Positions 1 through 12,912 of a stretch of DNA of 64,000 bases are shown here, piece by piece; positions within the stretch are counted from its first letter, which is position 1; every line of letters begins with the position of its first letter. The notes below the pieces were generated by a model, which did not search any database, was not told the origin of the DNA, and saw only the letters and a list, made by a program, of their open reading frames with translations. Source of the stretch: an uncultured Candidatus Saccharibacteria bacterium. GTDB taxonomy: Bacteria; Patescibacteriota; UBA1384; DTJR01. Both the position numbers and the translations under genes were made by a program. The stretch spans positions 4,875-68,874 of the forward strand of contig CAZAOT010000001.1 in assembly GCA_964487045.1 (NCBI GenBank), written 5' to 3'.

Positions 1-444
1 ACTCCTACCCTGCCTTTTGCCAAAATCCTCCCAGTGAGCGATATCAAGACAGACTCCAGCAAACTTATCTACGTTTTCTTTAAAGTCGGATCCGAGTTCG
101 TCTATGTTTTCGACAAAAATATCTCCTCTAAAATCTTTTAGCACGTAATCATCCGCAAGATTCTTCTTGCTAGAGTGGGTGTTAAAGAACTTAGTACCAT
201 ATCGATTCTTGAAGTAATTGATTTCATCAACATTGGTGTCTTCTACTCTGATGTGGACAAAGGGAACATACTCGATCGGGGTTTCGGCCAAAAGTTTGTA
301 GAAGTTGATTCTCTCTGCGGGGTTTAGAAATGTTGGGAAGACTGCTATTTCTTTTAGACCGAACTCTTTAATTTCTTGAATTTTTTCTTTCCAATTTGAG
401 TCCGGGGTAGTCGTTAATCCTAGGTAAATCTTTTGTTTTGCCAT
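1..444 (-). CDS. hypothetical protein, C-terminal part cut by window start
   Basis: ATG at 444-442 on minus strand; frame open to base 1 (checked by hand translation MAKQKIYLGL...FGKRQGRS); no recognisable motif. Confidence 0.4.
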   Translation of the reverse strand, partial: MAKQKIYLGLTTTPDSNWKEKIQEIKEFGLKEIAVFPTFLNPAERINFYKLLAETPIEYVPFVHIRVEDTNVDEINYFKNRYGTKFFNTHSSKKNLADDYVLKDFRGDIFVENIDELGSDFKENVDKFAGVCLDIAHWEDFGKRQGRS

Positions 445-470
445 AAAGAATCGTTCCCGAAGGGAGCTCC

Positions 471-1502
471 TTAATTTTGAGTTTTAAGCTTTGAATTTTG
501 AGTTTGACGCGAAGCGTCAAGATACTCTTTGGAGATTATCCTCTGCCACCACGGCTCGTTGTTTTTGTACCACTCAATTGTTTGCTTCAAACCCTCCTCA
601 AAGGTCACAGATGGCTTCCAGCCGAGCTCGCGGGTGATCTTTGAGTGATCCATCGCGTAGCGCATGTCGTGGCCTTTTCGGTCCTCTACGAAGGTTTTAA
701 AAGACTGATCTTTGCCGAGCTCTTTTAGAATTGCATCGGCCAGTTCGATTGTATTTTTTTCGCTATCTCCACCAATACAATATGTTTCTCCTGGCTTGCC
801 CTTCTCTAAAATCACGTCAATTGCCGAGCAGTGATCGGTGACAAATAGATAATCCCGAACGGCCTTACCTTCCCCGTAAATTGGAACTGGTTTGTCTTTT
901 AATACATTAGTGATAAACAGCGGAATAACTTTTTCCGGAAAGTGAAATGGTCCGTAATTATTGGTGCAGTTTGAGATGGTTATTGGCAGAGAGTAGGTGT
1001 CAAAATAAGCTCTTACCAGATGATCAGAGCCAGCCTTGGAAGCAGAGTATGGCGAGTGGGGATCATAAGGTGTAGTTTCGGAAAATTTGGCTTCTCTGTC
1101 CTCTAGGCTAAGCGAGCCAAAAACTTCATCGGTGGAAACATGGTGAAAGCGCTTGATCCCCTTTTCCTTGGCGGCGTCAAGAAGAATCTGAGTGCCGATC
1201 ACATTTGTCTGGACGAAAACGGCCGGTCCAGTAATTGACCTGTCGACATGACTTTCGGCGGCGAAATGGACTATCTCATCCACTCCACTAACTGCTTTTT
1301 CAACATCTTCTTTGCTCGTAATATCCCCAAGGATAAACTGATAATTAGGATTGTTTTCGACTGACTTAAGGTTGTCTAGATTGCCAGCATAGGTCAAAGA
1401 ATCGAAGTTGATTATCTTAACGTTGTCATATTTTTCAAGCATAAAACGAACAAAATTGCTGCCAATAAATCCAGCGCCACCTGTAACTAAAATAGTTCTC
1501 AT
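471..1502 (-). CDS. rfbB: dTDP-glucose 4,6-dehydratase
   Basis: 343 aa; N-terminal TGGAGFIGS Rossmann motif, YSASK catalytic YxxxK, extended SDR with typical RmlB length and order next to rfbA. Confidence 0.85.
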   Translation of the reverse strand: MRTILVTGGAGFIGSNFVRFMLEKYDNVKIINFDSLTYAGNLDNLKSVENNPNYQFILGDITSKEDVEKAVSGVDEIVHFAAESHVDRSITGPAVFVQTNVIGTQILLDAAKEKGIKRFHHVSTDEVFGSLSLEDREAKFSETTPYDPHSPYSASKAGSDHLVRAYFDTYSLPITISNCTNNYGPFHFPEKVIPLFITNVLKDKPVPIYGEGKAVRDYLFVTDHCSAIDVILEKGKPGETYCIGGDSEKNTIELADAILKELGKDQSFKTFVEDRKGHDMRYAMDHSKITRELGWKPSVTFEEGLKQTIEWYKNNEPWWQRIISKEYLDASRQTQNSKLKTQN

Positions 1503-1510
1503 TATTACCT

Positions 1511-1999
1511 CTATTTGAATTTATCCCAGCCGGCGTCAATCTCCTTGTCAAAAGGATCAATTCGCTCTTCATCAGGATTATTTCTATTATAGTGTTTAGT
1601 GACGTGATAAAAAAGCATGACTGGCTCCTTGGAAATGCTCTTATAGCCATGGGCGACTCCAACTGGAATTAGTATCAGTTTGTAATCACCCTCTCCTGCT
1701 TCCACAATTTGTTTAACTTTATATGTTTTTGAATTCTTGCGTCTGTCGTACATCACGATCACTGCTTTACCCGAAGCGACAAACCAGAGGTCGTCTTGGT
1801 ATTTGTGGTAGTGAAAAGCTTTAATCGTACCTTTGCTTGAGATGGTGAAATTGCTTTGGCCAAATTTCTTCATCAATTTGTCGTCATCACGCAAAACTTC
1901 CATGAAAATTCCAGGTTCAATCTTTTGCTCTAAGTCTGGAATATCTTTGAAGACTTTTAGTTTCTTGATTACTACTCCGTCAATTTTTCCTGTTTTCAT
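1511..1999 (-). CDS. rfbC: dTDP-4-dehydrorhamnose 3,5-epimerase-like cupin (RmlC family)
   Basis: 162 aa small cupin (KAFHYHKYQDDLWFVASGK), sits between rfbB and rfbA with overlapping start/stop; could alternatively be a FdtA-like 3,4-ketoisomerase. Confidence 0.55.
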   Translation of the reverse strand: MKTGKIDGVVIKKLKVFKDIPDLEQKIEPGIFMEVLRDDDKLMKKFGQSNFTISSKGTIKAFHYHKYQDDLWFVASGKAVIVMYDRRKNSKTYKVKQIVEAGEGDYKLILIPVGVAHGYKSISKEPVMLFYHVTKHYNRNNPDEERIDPFDKEIDAGWDKFK

Positions 2000-2760
2000 T
2001 AGAATGATTCTCCATTAGCTTTTCTCATTCTGATTTCATTTTGGATCTCGTTTAAAGCGTCGAAGGTTCCCGCATCGGCCCAGGTTCCATCAAAAACATT
2101 TACTTTGAGTTTATCTTGCTTGAGGTAAATATTGTTGAGGTCAGTGATCTCGATCTCGCCTCGCTTAGATGGTTTTAATTCCTTGGCATGCTTAATAACC
2201 TTATTGTCATAGGTATAGAGTCCGACTACTGCGTAGTTTGACTTTGGTTTTTTGGGTTTTTCCTCGATGGATTTAGCTTTCATTTTATCGTCAAAGCTGA
2301 CGACGCCAAAACGTTCTGGATCGTGAACTTCTTTGGCAAAAACCATTGCTCCGCTTTTGAAATTCTGAATCTCCTTGGAGAAATCATGACCAAGAAAGAT
2401 GTTGTCGCCGAGAATCATAGTTACATCGTCTTTGCCGATAAAGTCCTCGCCGATAATAAAAGCGTCTGCGAGGCCTCTGGGCGCAAGCTGGATTTTGAAA
2501 GTAAAGTCGACGCCGCAGAATTCTCCCCTTTCTCCGTTTTCTTTGCACTTCTGTTGTTCCATCGAGAGCAGGTTGACGAAACTGCCAGAGAAGGTTGGAG
2601 CAGTGATAATGAGAATATCCTTAATCCCGGCCTTGACCAAAGTCTTAATTGGGTAGTAAACCATCGGCTTGTCGTAAACCATCAGGAGCTGCTTGGAAGT
2701 GATATAGGTTACCGGCCTGAGTCTTGTCGCATTGCCTCCAGCTAGAACAATTCCTTTCAT
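1999..2760 (-). CDS. rfbA: glucose-1-phosphate thymidylyltransferase
   Basis: MKGIVLAGGNATRLRPVTYITSKQLL nucleotidyltransferase signature, 253 aa. Confidence 0.8.
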   Translation of the reverse strand: MKGIVLAGGNATRLRPVTYITSKQLLMVYDKPMVYYPIKTLVKAGIKDILIITAPTFSGSFVNLLSMEQQKCKENGERGEFCGVDFTFKIQLAPRGLADAFIIGEDFIGKDDVTMILGDNIFLGHDFSKEIQNFKSGAMVFAKEVHDPERFGVVSFDDKMKAKSIEEKPKKPKSNYAVVGLYTYDNKVIKHAKELKPSKRGEIEITDLNNIYLKQDKLKVNVFDGTWADAGTFDALNEIQNEIRMRKANGESF

Positions 2761-2818
2761 AAGATCCTTTCGTATTTATATGGGACAAATATAGCCGAGT
2801 CTGATAGTAAAATAAAGA

Positions 2819-4666
2819 TCAAGAATTAATTTGCTTTTTAAGACTTAGAAAAACACTTTCCGGAATTTTTTCTTCCAGGGTGCTAACATCGCCAAGATCC
2901 TTGTTTTCTAAAGCGGCTTTAAGTAGTCGCCGCATAATTTTTCCGGACCTGGTTTTGGGTAAGCTATCGATAAATATAATATTTGATACGGCGGCAAACT
3001 TACCAATCGAATTGACGATTAGCTGCTTGATCTCGGACTCAATATCAGCCTCTCTCGCATTTTTTAACTTAACAGCGAAGACAATTATCTGCTCTCCCTT
3101 GATGCTATCTTCAAAACCGATCGCGGCTGATTCGGCGATGAGTGGGTGCAGGTTAATAACGCTTTCTATCTCGGGTGAGCTAAAGCGGTGACCGGCAACT
3201 TTAATAACATCATCGAAACGGCCAAGGATATAAATATCGCCGTCTTTGTCTCTGGTCGCAAAATCTCCTGTTAAATAGCAGCCTTTGAACTTGCTAAGGT
3301 ATGAGTTGATGAATCTTTTTTGGTCTTTATAGATTCCAGTGGTCATTCCAGGCCAAGGCTGGTCAATCACTAGATATCCTTTTTGGCCAGTTGATGCTTG
3401 TCGACCACTTTCGTGAAGTACCTTAACCGACAAGCCTTGAAGAGGCTTGGTAGCCGATCCAGGTTTTTGCTTCTTAGGGCCATCTTTGCGGGGCGAGATA
3501 ATCACTCCACCGGTTTCGGTTTGCCACCAAGTATCAGCAATAGGGCATCTCCCCTGGCCGATCACATCGTGAAACCATTGCCAGGCTGATTTGTTGATAG
3601 GCTCACCGACAGAGCCGAGTTGTCTAAGGCTGGGTAAGTTGATCTTGGTCTTGTCTTCCTCGGCGAATTTCTTGAGCATCCGAATGGCGGTTGGCGAGGT
3701 ATAGAAAATGTCTATTTTATGTTTCTTGATTAGGCGGTACCAGATTTGTCTGTCTGGATAGTCAAGCGTACCTTCTTGCAGAAAAATCGTTAATCCATGC
3801 ATCAGTGGTGCGTAAGTAACATAAGAGTGTCCAGTTATCCAGCCGATATCTGCTGAGCACCAATAAACTGATTTTTGGTTGAAGTCGAAAATTTGCTCAA
3901 AGATCGAATAATTATGTACCAAATATCCGCCTACACGATGGACAATCCCTTTTGGCTTGCCAGTGGAGCCGGAGGTATAGAGAATGAAGATTGGATCGTT
4001 TGAGTCCATTTGCTCAGGTTCTACGTTTTCTTGCCCGATTGATTTTGACAAATTCTTAAAGCCGATACTTCTGCCTTTTGTGGTGAATTTTTCTCGATCA
4101 AAAATCAGTACTTTTTTGACACATTTAACTCCCCTCACAGCCTGATCTACATTTTCCTTAAGGCTGATTTTTTTGCCCCGTCTGTAAGAGATATCACAAG
4201 AGATCACTAACTTGCATGATGTCTCTTCGATCCGCTCACGAAGTGCCTTGGGGCTAAAACCCGAGAAAACAACATTGTGGACGGCGCCAAGTCTTGTGCA
4301 GGCAAGCATTGCAATTATTGCCTGAGGGATCATCGGCATATAAATAGTGATGATGTCACCCTTCTTTGCCCCAAGGCGTTTAAGACAAGCGGCCCAAAGA
4401 TTTACCTCTCTAAGTAAGTCATTGTAGCTAAGCTTAAGCATTTCGCCCGTCTCTGATTCCCAGATAATGGCTGTTTTTGTGCCATGGCCTTTGCTCACTT
4501 GCCAATCAATGCAAACACTCGAAGGATTAATTTTTCCTCCGATAAACCAATCAGTCTTGTTTCCTGATTGCCGGGCGACTTTAGTAAAATTTTGCGCCCA
4601 AGGAAGTTTTCGCCCCTCTTTATCCCAAAATATTTGGCTTTCCTTGCTTAGCTTGTTCATAGTCAT
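2819..4666 (-). CDS. acs: acetyl-CoA synthetase (AMP-forming acyl-CoA ligase family)
   Basis: 615 aa; AMP-binding motif YTSGSTGKPKG, WWQTETGG and C-terminal GRFDDVIKVAGHR typical of Acs. Confidence 0.75.
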   Translation of the reverse strand: MTMNKLSKESQIFWDKEGRKLPWAQNFTKVARQSGNKTDWFIGGKINPSSVCIDWQVSKGHGTKTAIIWESETGEMLKLSYNDLLREVNLWAACLKRLGAKKGDIITIYMPMIPQAIIAMLACTRLGAVHNVVFSGFSPKALRERIEETSCKLVISCDISYRRGKKISLKENVDQAVRGVKCVKKVLIFDREKFTTKGRSIGFKNLSKSIGQENVEPEQMDSNDPIFILYTSGSTGKPKGIVHRVGGYLVHNYSIFEQIFDFNQKSVYWCSADIGWITGHSYVTYAPLMHGLTIFLQEGTLDYPDRQIWYRLIKKHKIDIFYTSPTAIRMLKKFAEEDKTKINLPSLRQLGSVGEPINKSAWQWFHDVIGQGRCPIADTWWQTETGGVIISPRKDGPKKQKPGSATKPLQGLSVKVLHESGRQASTGQKGYLVIDQPWPGMTTGIYKDQKRFINSYLSKFKGCYLTGDFATRDKDGDIYILGRFDDVIKVAGHRFSSPEIESVINLHPLIAESAAIGFEDSIKGEQIIVFAVKLKNAREADIESEIKQLIVNSIGKFAAVSNIIFIDSLPKTRSGKIMRRLLKAALENKDLGDVSTLEEKIPESVFLSLKKQINS

Positions 4667-4668
4667 AA

Positions 4669-6893
<2,225 letters not shown>

Positions 6894-6922
<29 letters not shown>

Positions 6923-7982
6923 CGCAGTAAAAGTAGTATTTTTTGTCGTTTTTATTCTATGCGCAATAATCGCTGTCGCGATAGTTGTTATGTCAATAAA
7001 ATCTCCCTGGTCCAGTAAGCCTCAAATCAAGGAAATTGCTAATTTTGAAAGGCCTTTCTGTGTGGCGCAGGATTCGCAAGAAAGGATATTGGTTTGCGAC
7101 TTTAATGTTAATCAGATTAAGATTTTCGATCAGGCGTTAAAGCCGGTTAGTGTTATCGGGCAAACAGGTACTAAGCAGGGGGAATTTAACAAGCCTCATT
7201 CGATAGATTTTAATTCAAAATCAGAGATTATTGTCAGCGATTATGCGAACAAGCGCGTTCAAAGATTTTCACGAGATTTTGATTTTAAATCTTATCTTGC
7301 GTCTGATAAAAAACTACTGGGTCCCGCTACGGCTTATTTCGGAGGGGATGGCAACCTATACGTAAGCGATTATGACTCAAGCTCTCTTTTAAAATTTGAT
7401 AAAAATGGAAAGTATTTAGGCTGGATAGGAGCCAAGGAGGATGGAAGTCTGACCGATGGTTGGAATCTCTCCGGGAATTCGACTAATTCAACTTCTCCAG
7501 GAGGATTCGATCGCTTGCATGGGGCAAAAGTTGATTCAAATGGCATGATTTATGTTGTTGATTCGTGGAATCACCGCGTCCAGCGTTTTGACGAGGATGG
7601 TAAATTTCGTGGTTTTATCGGCAGCAGGGCGGATGGAACGCTGACCGACGGCTGGGAGCTTGAAGGCCAAGTGACTGCCAGTCAGCTTCCAGGGGGATTT
7701 AATGTACCAATTGCCATCGAAATTTCAGGTGATGACCTGTTCGTCCTTGAGTTTAAGAACGCCAGAATTCAAAGATTCTCAAAATCAGGCGAATTCCTGG
7801 GCTGGTATGGCGGCATGAAAGACGGGGGTCTGACGCCAGGATTTGTTAAATCTGGTTTGTCGATGGAAGGTAATGAGCCCGGTGCTTTTAAAGAGGCTTA
7901 CGATCTCAAGATATATGAAAATAAAATTTTTGTAGCCGATACTGGTAATAAAAGGGTTCAAATTCTAACTTTTGACAAATGA
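6894..7982 (+). CDS. NHL-repeat beta-propeller protein with N-terminal membrane anchor
   Basis: N-terminal TM helix then repeated KRVQRF / HRVQRFDEDGKF / ARIQRFSKSGEF / KRVQIL blocks characteristic of NHL repeats. Confidence 0.6.
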
Positions 7983-8665
7983 ACAGGCAAGAAAAAATAT
8001 TCAAAGAGATTAGGCTTGAATTAAAGCAACCCCAAAGACTGAGTCTCTTTGAAGAGATTGGTCGAGAACTTTTCGCGCAAATAGAAGAGTTTGAGGGTAA
8101 GGCGCAAAATATCGATACTGCTTTTACGAGTAAGCTCAAGTTAATTTGGGTTTTGTCGGGTTCGGGCTCGATCTCAAAAAGCATTCTGGATCATGAGCGA
8201 GGAAGAATTTTTGCAAATACAGATAGGGATCGAATTAAACTTGCCCTGAAGATAGCGCGTCAAAATAAAAATATTTCTATTCTTTACAATGGTACTAACG
8301 AGCAGAATAGTGACTTAGTTAAGGCGATTCGGTCGGGACGGTATGATATTTCTCTCGACCAGGTGAAAATTATTCCTGGGGAAATAAATTGCACGCTTGA
8401 CCAGGTTAGGCTTTTTAGTTATCCTGCCGATATATCGATTAAAGGCGATGAGCTGTTTGGTGTACTTTCACATGCCCCTCATCTAGTTAGGGTGCTTAGA
8501 ATGATGGCTGCTCATAAAGGTAACTTTAAGCAAGCGAAGATACTACCAATTCCGCTGATACTCGATAATCCTAGTGAGGAAGAGGAGTTTATAAAACGAG
8601 AAATAATTGGCACAATAGACTATATATTAAAAAATGAAGCAAGAAGAGAACCTTATGGAAAGTGA
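7979..8665 (+). CDS. hypothetical protein (possibly DUF218/YdcF-like)
   Basis: 228 aa, no clear motif; embedded in the pse operon. Confidence 0.3.
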   Translation: MNRQEKIFKEIRLELKQPQRLSLFEEIGRELFAQIEEFEGKAQNIDTAFTSKLKLIWVLSGSGSISKSILDHERGRIFANTDRDRIKLALKIARQNKNISILYNGTNEQNSDLVKAIRSGRYDISLDQVKIIPGEINCTLDQVRLFSYPADISIKGDELFGVLSHAPHLVRVLRMMAAHKGNFKQAKILPIPLILDNPSEEEEFIKREIIGTIDYILKNEARREPYGK

Positions 8666-9122
8666 TCAAGTAGAAATAAGCCCAATTGGGCCTGGTGATG
8701 TTTTGGATGTTTACAAGCTCTCTAGTCAAAAAAGTGTTCGCGAAAATTCCTTTAATCAAAATAAGATTGCGCTTGAAGATCATAAGAAGTGGTTTGCTAA
8801 GAAGCTCGCTGATAACAATTGTATTATGATCAAAGCTGAGCTCGGAGGGGCTTTTGTTGGTCAGCTGAGGTTGGAAATTGAAGGCAAGGAGGCGCTTATC
8901 GGCATTTCGACCGACGAGAAGGCAAGGGGACGCGGCGTTGCTTCGATGCTTCTTCGAGAGGCGATTGATATTGGCAGAAAAAATCATTTTTCGGTAATTA
9001 ATGCTTATATTAAGCCTTCTAACGAAGCCTCGATTCACCTTTTTGAGAAGAACGGCTGGGTCTACGAAAAGGATGAAATGGTATCTGATAATCTTGCAAA
9101 AAAATATATTTATAAATTCTAA
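8655..9122 (+). CDS. pseH: GNAT family N-acetyltransferase, PseH-like
   Basis: about 155 aa with GNAT acetyl-CoA binding region (ARGRGVASMLLREAI); position between pseC and pseI; start taken at MESDQ (8655). Confidence 0.5.
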   Translation: MESDQVEISPIGPGDVLDVYKLSSQKSVRENSFNQNKIALEDHKKWFAKKLADNNCIMIKAELGGAFVGQLRLEIEGKEALIGISTDEKARGRGVASMLLREAIDIGRKNHFSVINAYIKPSNEASIHLFEKNGWVYEKDEMVSDNLAKKYIYKF

Positions 9123-10174
9123 TGCAATTAAAAATCGGCAAAAAGATAATTTCGCAAAGCGCTCCAGCTTTTATTATTGCCGAGCTTTCTGCTAATCATA
9201 ATCAAGATTTTAAAGTCGCCGCAAAGACGATCGAAGCGATTAAGCAGTCGGGAGCGGATGCGGTTAAAATTCAAACTTATACAGCTGACACCCTGACGCT
9301 AGACTCTGACTTGCCCCATTTCAAAATTAATCAGGGTACGATCTGGGATAAAAAGACCTTTTATGAGCTATATAAAGAAGCTCATACTCCTTGGGAGTGG
9401 CAGCCACGCCTCAAGAAAATAGCCGAGGATCTTGGTTTGATTTTCTTTTCTTCGCCTTTTGACCTGACAGCAGTGGATTTCCTCGAGAAAATGAAAGTGC
9501 CAGCATACAAAATTGCTTCCTTTGAAATCACTGATCATGCCCTGATCGAGTATGTCGCTAAGCAAGGAAAACCGGTTATCATCTCTACTGGCATTGCGAA
9601 GAAGAAGGACATTGAAGATGCAATTAGAGTTTGCAAGAAAGCGGGAAACAAGCAGATAGCCTTACTAAAATGTACCTCGGCCTACCCAACTGCTCCTGAA
9701 GAAATGAATTTAAAGACTCTTGCCGATATGAGCAAGCGCTTCAAGGTGATTGTTGGCCTGTCGGATCATTCTGAGGGTTCGGTCGCTCCAATTACCTCGA
9801 TTGCCCTCGGAGCAAAAATAATTGAAAAGCATTTTATTTTAGATAAGAAGATCGGTGGCCCAGACGCTGAATTTTCCATGGAGCCTGTTGAATTTAAAAA
9901 AATGGTTGAGGATATTAGAGTGGCCGAAAAGACTTTGGGGAAGGTTAGCTATGAGCTGACTGAAAAAACGAAAAAAAGCCGTGGTTTTGCCAGGTCGTTA
10001 TTTGTTGTCAAAGAAATCAAGAAAGGCGAAATTTTTACTTCTAATAACATTCGTTCAATAAGGCCAAACCTTGGTGTTCATCCTAAATACCTTAAAGCAA
10101 TTATTGGTAAAAAGTCGGCTAAAGATCTTAAGCCAGGAGAGCCTATGAATTTAAAATATATTTCTAAATCATGA
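9122..10174 (+). CDS. pseI: pseudaminic acid synthase (NeuB family sialic acid synthase)
   Basis: 350 aa; FIIAELSANHNQDFKVA NeuB N-terminus and C-terminal SAF domain. Confidence 0.75.
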   Translation: MQLKIGKKIISQSAPAFIIAELSANHNQDFKVAAKTIEAIKQSGADAVKIQTYTADTLTLDSDLPHFKINQGTIWDKKTFYELYKEAHTPWEWQPRLKKIAEDLGLIFFSSPFDLTAVDFLEKMKVPAYKIASFEITDHALIEYVAKQGKPVIISTGIAKKKDIEDAIRVCKKAGNKQIALLKCTSAYPTAPEEMNLKTLADMSKRFKVIVGLSDHSEGSVAPITSIALGAKIIEKHFILDKKIGGPDAEFSMEPVEFKKMVEDIRVAEKTLGKVSYELTEKTKKSRGFARSLFVVKEIKKGEIFTSNNIRSIRPNLGVHPKYLKAIIGKKSAKDLKPGEPMNLKYISKS

Positions 10175-10851
10175 GCTGCTTAGCCATAATACCTGCTCGT
10201 GGTGGCTCAAAAAGAATTCCAAAGAAAAATATTATTTCTTTTCTTGGTTCGCCCATGATTAAATATTCGATTGATGCTGCCTTAAAAAGCAAGTGTTTTG
10301 AAGAAATCATGGTCTCAACTGACGACAAGGAAATTGCTAGCGTAGCCTCTCGCCTTGGAGCGAAGGTGCCATTTATGAGAAGTAATGATAATTCGAAAGA
10401 TTGCTCTATTCTTGCTGACGCGGTTCTTGAGGTTATTGAGCAATACGAACAATTGGGGAGAAAATTTGAATATATTTGCGTAATACTGCCAACCGCTCCC
10501 TTGATAAAAGTTAAAACTCTTAAGGAAGGTTTTGCTCTTATCAAAAAGGGGGCTCAGGCGGTTATCCCCGTTGTTGCCTTTAGCTACCCTATTCAAAGGG
10601 CATTTAAGGTTAAAAATACCAAGCTAAAGATGTTTGACGAAGCATTTATGCATGTTAATTCACAGGCTCTCGAGCCCGCTTATCATGACGCCGGTCAATT
10701 CTACTATCTGAAAACTTCTAGTTTTAAAAAACAAAAAAAGATTTTCTTGGACAAATCGCAAGCGATAATTCTTAGGGAGTCTGAGGTTCAGGATATTGAT
10801 GTCTTAGAGGACTTGAAAATCGCCGAGTTAAAATATAAGCTTCAGTCATAA
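10171..10851 (+). CDS. pseF: pseudaminic acid cytidylyltransferase (CMP-sugar synthetase family)
   Basis: AIIPARGGSKRIPKKNI acylneuraminate cytidylyltransferase signature, 226 aa. Confidence 0.7.
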   Translation: MSCLAIIPARGGSKRIPKKNIISFLGSPMIKYSIDAALKSKCFEEIMVSTDDKEIASVASRLGAKVPFMRSNDNSKDCSILADAVLEVIEQYEQLGRKFEYICVILPTAPLIKVKTLKEGFALIKKGAQAVIPVVAFSYPIQRAFKVKNTKLKMFDEAFMHVNSQALEPAYHDAGQFYYLKTSSFKKQKKIFLDKSQAIILRESEVQDIDVLEDLKIAELKYKLQS

Positions 10852-10872
10852 TCTATATAAGAGGAGTGTATT

Positions 10873-11496
10873 ATGTGTGCATTTAAAACAGATCAAGAGA
10901 ATTTCCGGGCTAGCGACTTTGGGGATGAATATATCAATCGTAATTGCGGCGAGGATTTTATTGCCAATCAGGTGAACTATTTTTCTAAAATTTTTGAATA
11001 TACTAGCTCAGTAAAATCAGTCCTCGAATTTGGCGCTAATATCGGGGAAAACCTTAAGGCCATCAAAGTGTTGAAGCCTAAAGCGGAATTATCGGCAATC
11101 GAGATAAATGCCAGAGCCGCCAAAGAAATGAAGAAATGGTCCAAGAACTCAATTAAGGTCTATGAGCAGTCAATTTTTGATTTTAAGGTAGATAAAAAGA
11201 GAGACTTTGTCTTTACAAAGGGTGTTCTTATTCATTTGAACCCGGAAAAGCTGAATCTTACTTATGAGCTTCTCTACAAATCAAGTAAGAAATATATCTG
11301 TATTGGTGAGTATTACAACCCTTTTCCTACCCAGGTTGAATATAGGGGAAATTCTGACAGATTATTCAAGCGCGATTTCGCCGGTGAGATGATGAAGAAA
11401 TATAAGGATCTTAAGCTAGTTGCTTATGGTTTTTGTTATCACAAGGACAATAACTTTCCTCAAGATGATATAACTTGGTTTCTTCTTGAAAAATAA
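10873..11496 (+). CDS. SAM-dependent methyltransferase of the pseudaminic-acid-cluster-associated type
   Basis: 207 aa; VLEFGANIGENL glycine-rich SAM-binding loop; gene position in pse cluster. Confidence 0.4.
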   Translation: MCAFKTDQENFRASDFGDEYINRNCGEDFIANQVNYFSKIFEYTSSVKSVLEFGANIGENLKAIKVLKPKAELSAIEINARAAKEMKKWSKNSIKVYEQSIFDFKVDKKRDFVFTKGVLIHLNPEKLNLTYELLYKSSKKYICIGEYYNPFPTQVEYRGNSDRLFKRDFAGEMMKKYKDLKLVAYGFCYHKDNNFPQDDITWFLLEK

Positions 11497-11499
11497 AAA

Positions 11500-12111
11500 A
11501 TGCTAGTAGTTATCAATCTAAAAATATCCAATTTGAGTTCAGTGCTAAACGCGCTTGATTTCCTTGCTATCAAATATAAGGTTTCAGATAAGGCGGAGGA
11601 TATCAAAGGGGCGAGCGGTTTGATTCTTCCGGGCGTCGGAACTTTTGAAGCGGGTATGGGTTCGCTTGAAAAAAGTGGCCTTCTGGAAGTGCTAAAGCAA
11701 GAGGTTGTAAAAAACAAGAAACCGATACTCGGAATCTGTCTTGGGATGCAGATGTTTTTTGAAGATAGCGAGGAGTCGCCAGGGGCAAAAGGGCTTTCAT
11801 TCTTCAAGGGATCTGTGAGGAAGCTTCCCAAAAACAAGGATTATACGATACCGCGAATTGGTTGGGGCGAGAGCTATGTAAAAAAAGAAATGCTTGGCCT
11901 GAATGTCGGACAAACGAAAGACTTTTATTATATTCACTCTTTCGCAGCTAACCCACTGGACAACGGTATTATTGCAATTACTACTGAGAAAACTGGTGTA
12001 TGCGGAGCGGTGTGTGAGGGAAATATCTTTGGCTGCCAATTTCATCCAGAGAAGAGTCATACTGCCGGACTCAATATACTAAAAGAGTTCGCTAATAAAT
12101 ATTCATCATGA
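11500..12111 (+). CDS. glutamine amidotransferase, HisH paralogue
   Basis: GICLGMQM nucleophile-cysteine motif and C-terminal GCQFHPEKS triad; 203 aa. Confidence 0.7.
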   Translation: MLVVINLKISNLSSVLNALDFLAIKYKVSDKAEDIKGASGLILPGVGTFEAGMGSLEKSGLLEVLKQEVVKNKKPILGICLGMQMFFEDSEESPGAKGLSFFKGSVRKLPKNKDYTIPRIGWGESYVKKEMLGLNVGQTKDFYYIHSFAANPLDNGIIAITTEKTGVCGAVCEGNIFGCQFHPEKSHTAGLNILKEFANKYSS

Positions 12112-12896
12112 AAAAACGACTAATCCCATGTATTTTTTTGAAAAACGGACTGATTATTAGAAGTGAACAATTCAAAACACATCAAATTATTGGTAATCCT
12201 CTTGACGAACTAAGTCGCTACAGCGACTGGGCGGTTGATGAGATTGTTTATATTGATATCTCGGCTGAGCAGGAATATGACATGCGTCGCGACGATCATA
12301 AGGTTAAAGACGATATAAAAAACAAGTTTGATCTGGTCAAGAAAGTCGCCCAGCACTGCTTTGTTCCGCTTGGCTTTGGTGGTGGGATTAGAACAATCGA
12401 TGAGATAAGGCAGATTCTAAATAACGGTGCCGACAAGGTCGTTTTAAATACCGTTTTATTCGAAGATGAAACGATACTACCGGAGTCTATAAAAATCTTC
12501 GGTTCGCAGGCGATCGTTGCTTGTGTCGATTATCGTGGTGATAAAGTTTATCACTCTTCTGGCAAGATTGACTCGGGGAAAAAAGTAATAGATTGGTGCA
12601 AATATTTAGACAAAAATGGAATTGGCGAAATAATATTAAACTCTATTGACCGAGATGGCATGGCCAATGGATATGACATCGATATGATTAAAGAAGTCGT
12701 TTCTGAAACATCTGTACCTGTTGTCGCGCTAGGTGGAGTCGGTGATTATTTCGATTTTGAAGAGTGCTTTAAGGAAGCGAATCCGTCAGCTTGCGCCGCT
12801 GGCAATATTTTTCATTTTAAAGAACATAGTTATTATTACGCCAAAAAAACGCTTTCTGAAGCTGGAATTGATGTACGAAGAGAGTGGGAAGCTTAA
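12108..12896 (+). CDS. imidazole-glycerol-phosphate-synthase cyclase subunit HisF paralogue
   Basis: RLIPCIF, GFGGGIRT, GIGEIILNSIDRDGMANGYD, ALGGVG match HisF barrel motifs. Confidence 0.7.
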   Translation: MKKRLIPCIFLKNGLIIRSEQFKTHQIIGNPLDELSRYSDWAVDEIVYIDISAEQEYDMRRDDHKVKDDIKNKFDLVKKVAQHCFVPLGFGGGIRTIDEIRQILNNGADKVVLNTVLFEDETILPESIKIFGSQAIVACVDYRGDKVYHSSGKIDSGKKVIDWCKYLDKNGIGEIILNSIDRDGMANGYDIDMIKEVVSETSVPVVALGGVGDYFDFEECFKEANPSACAAGNIFHFKEHSYYYAKKTLSEAGIDVRREWEA

Positions 12897-12912
12897 TTAA
12901 ATTCGGAGGAAG

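Noticed and set aside
2323-2745. 140-aa plus-strand ORF inside rfbA
   Set aside because: Antisense to a well-supported gene.
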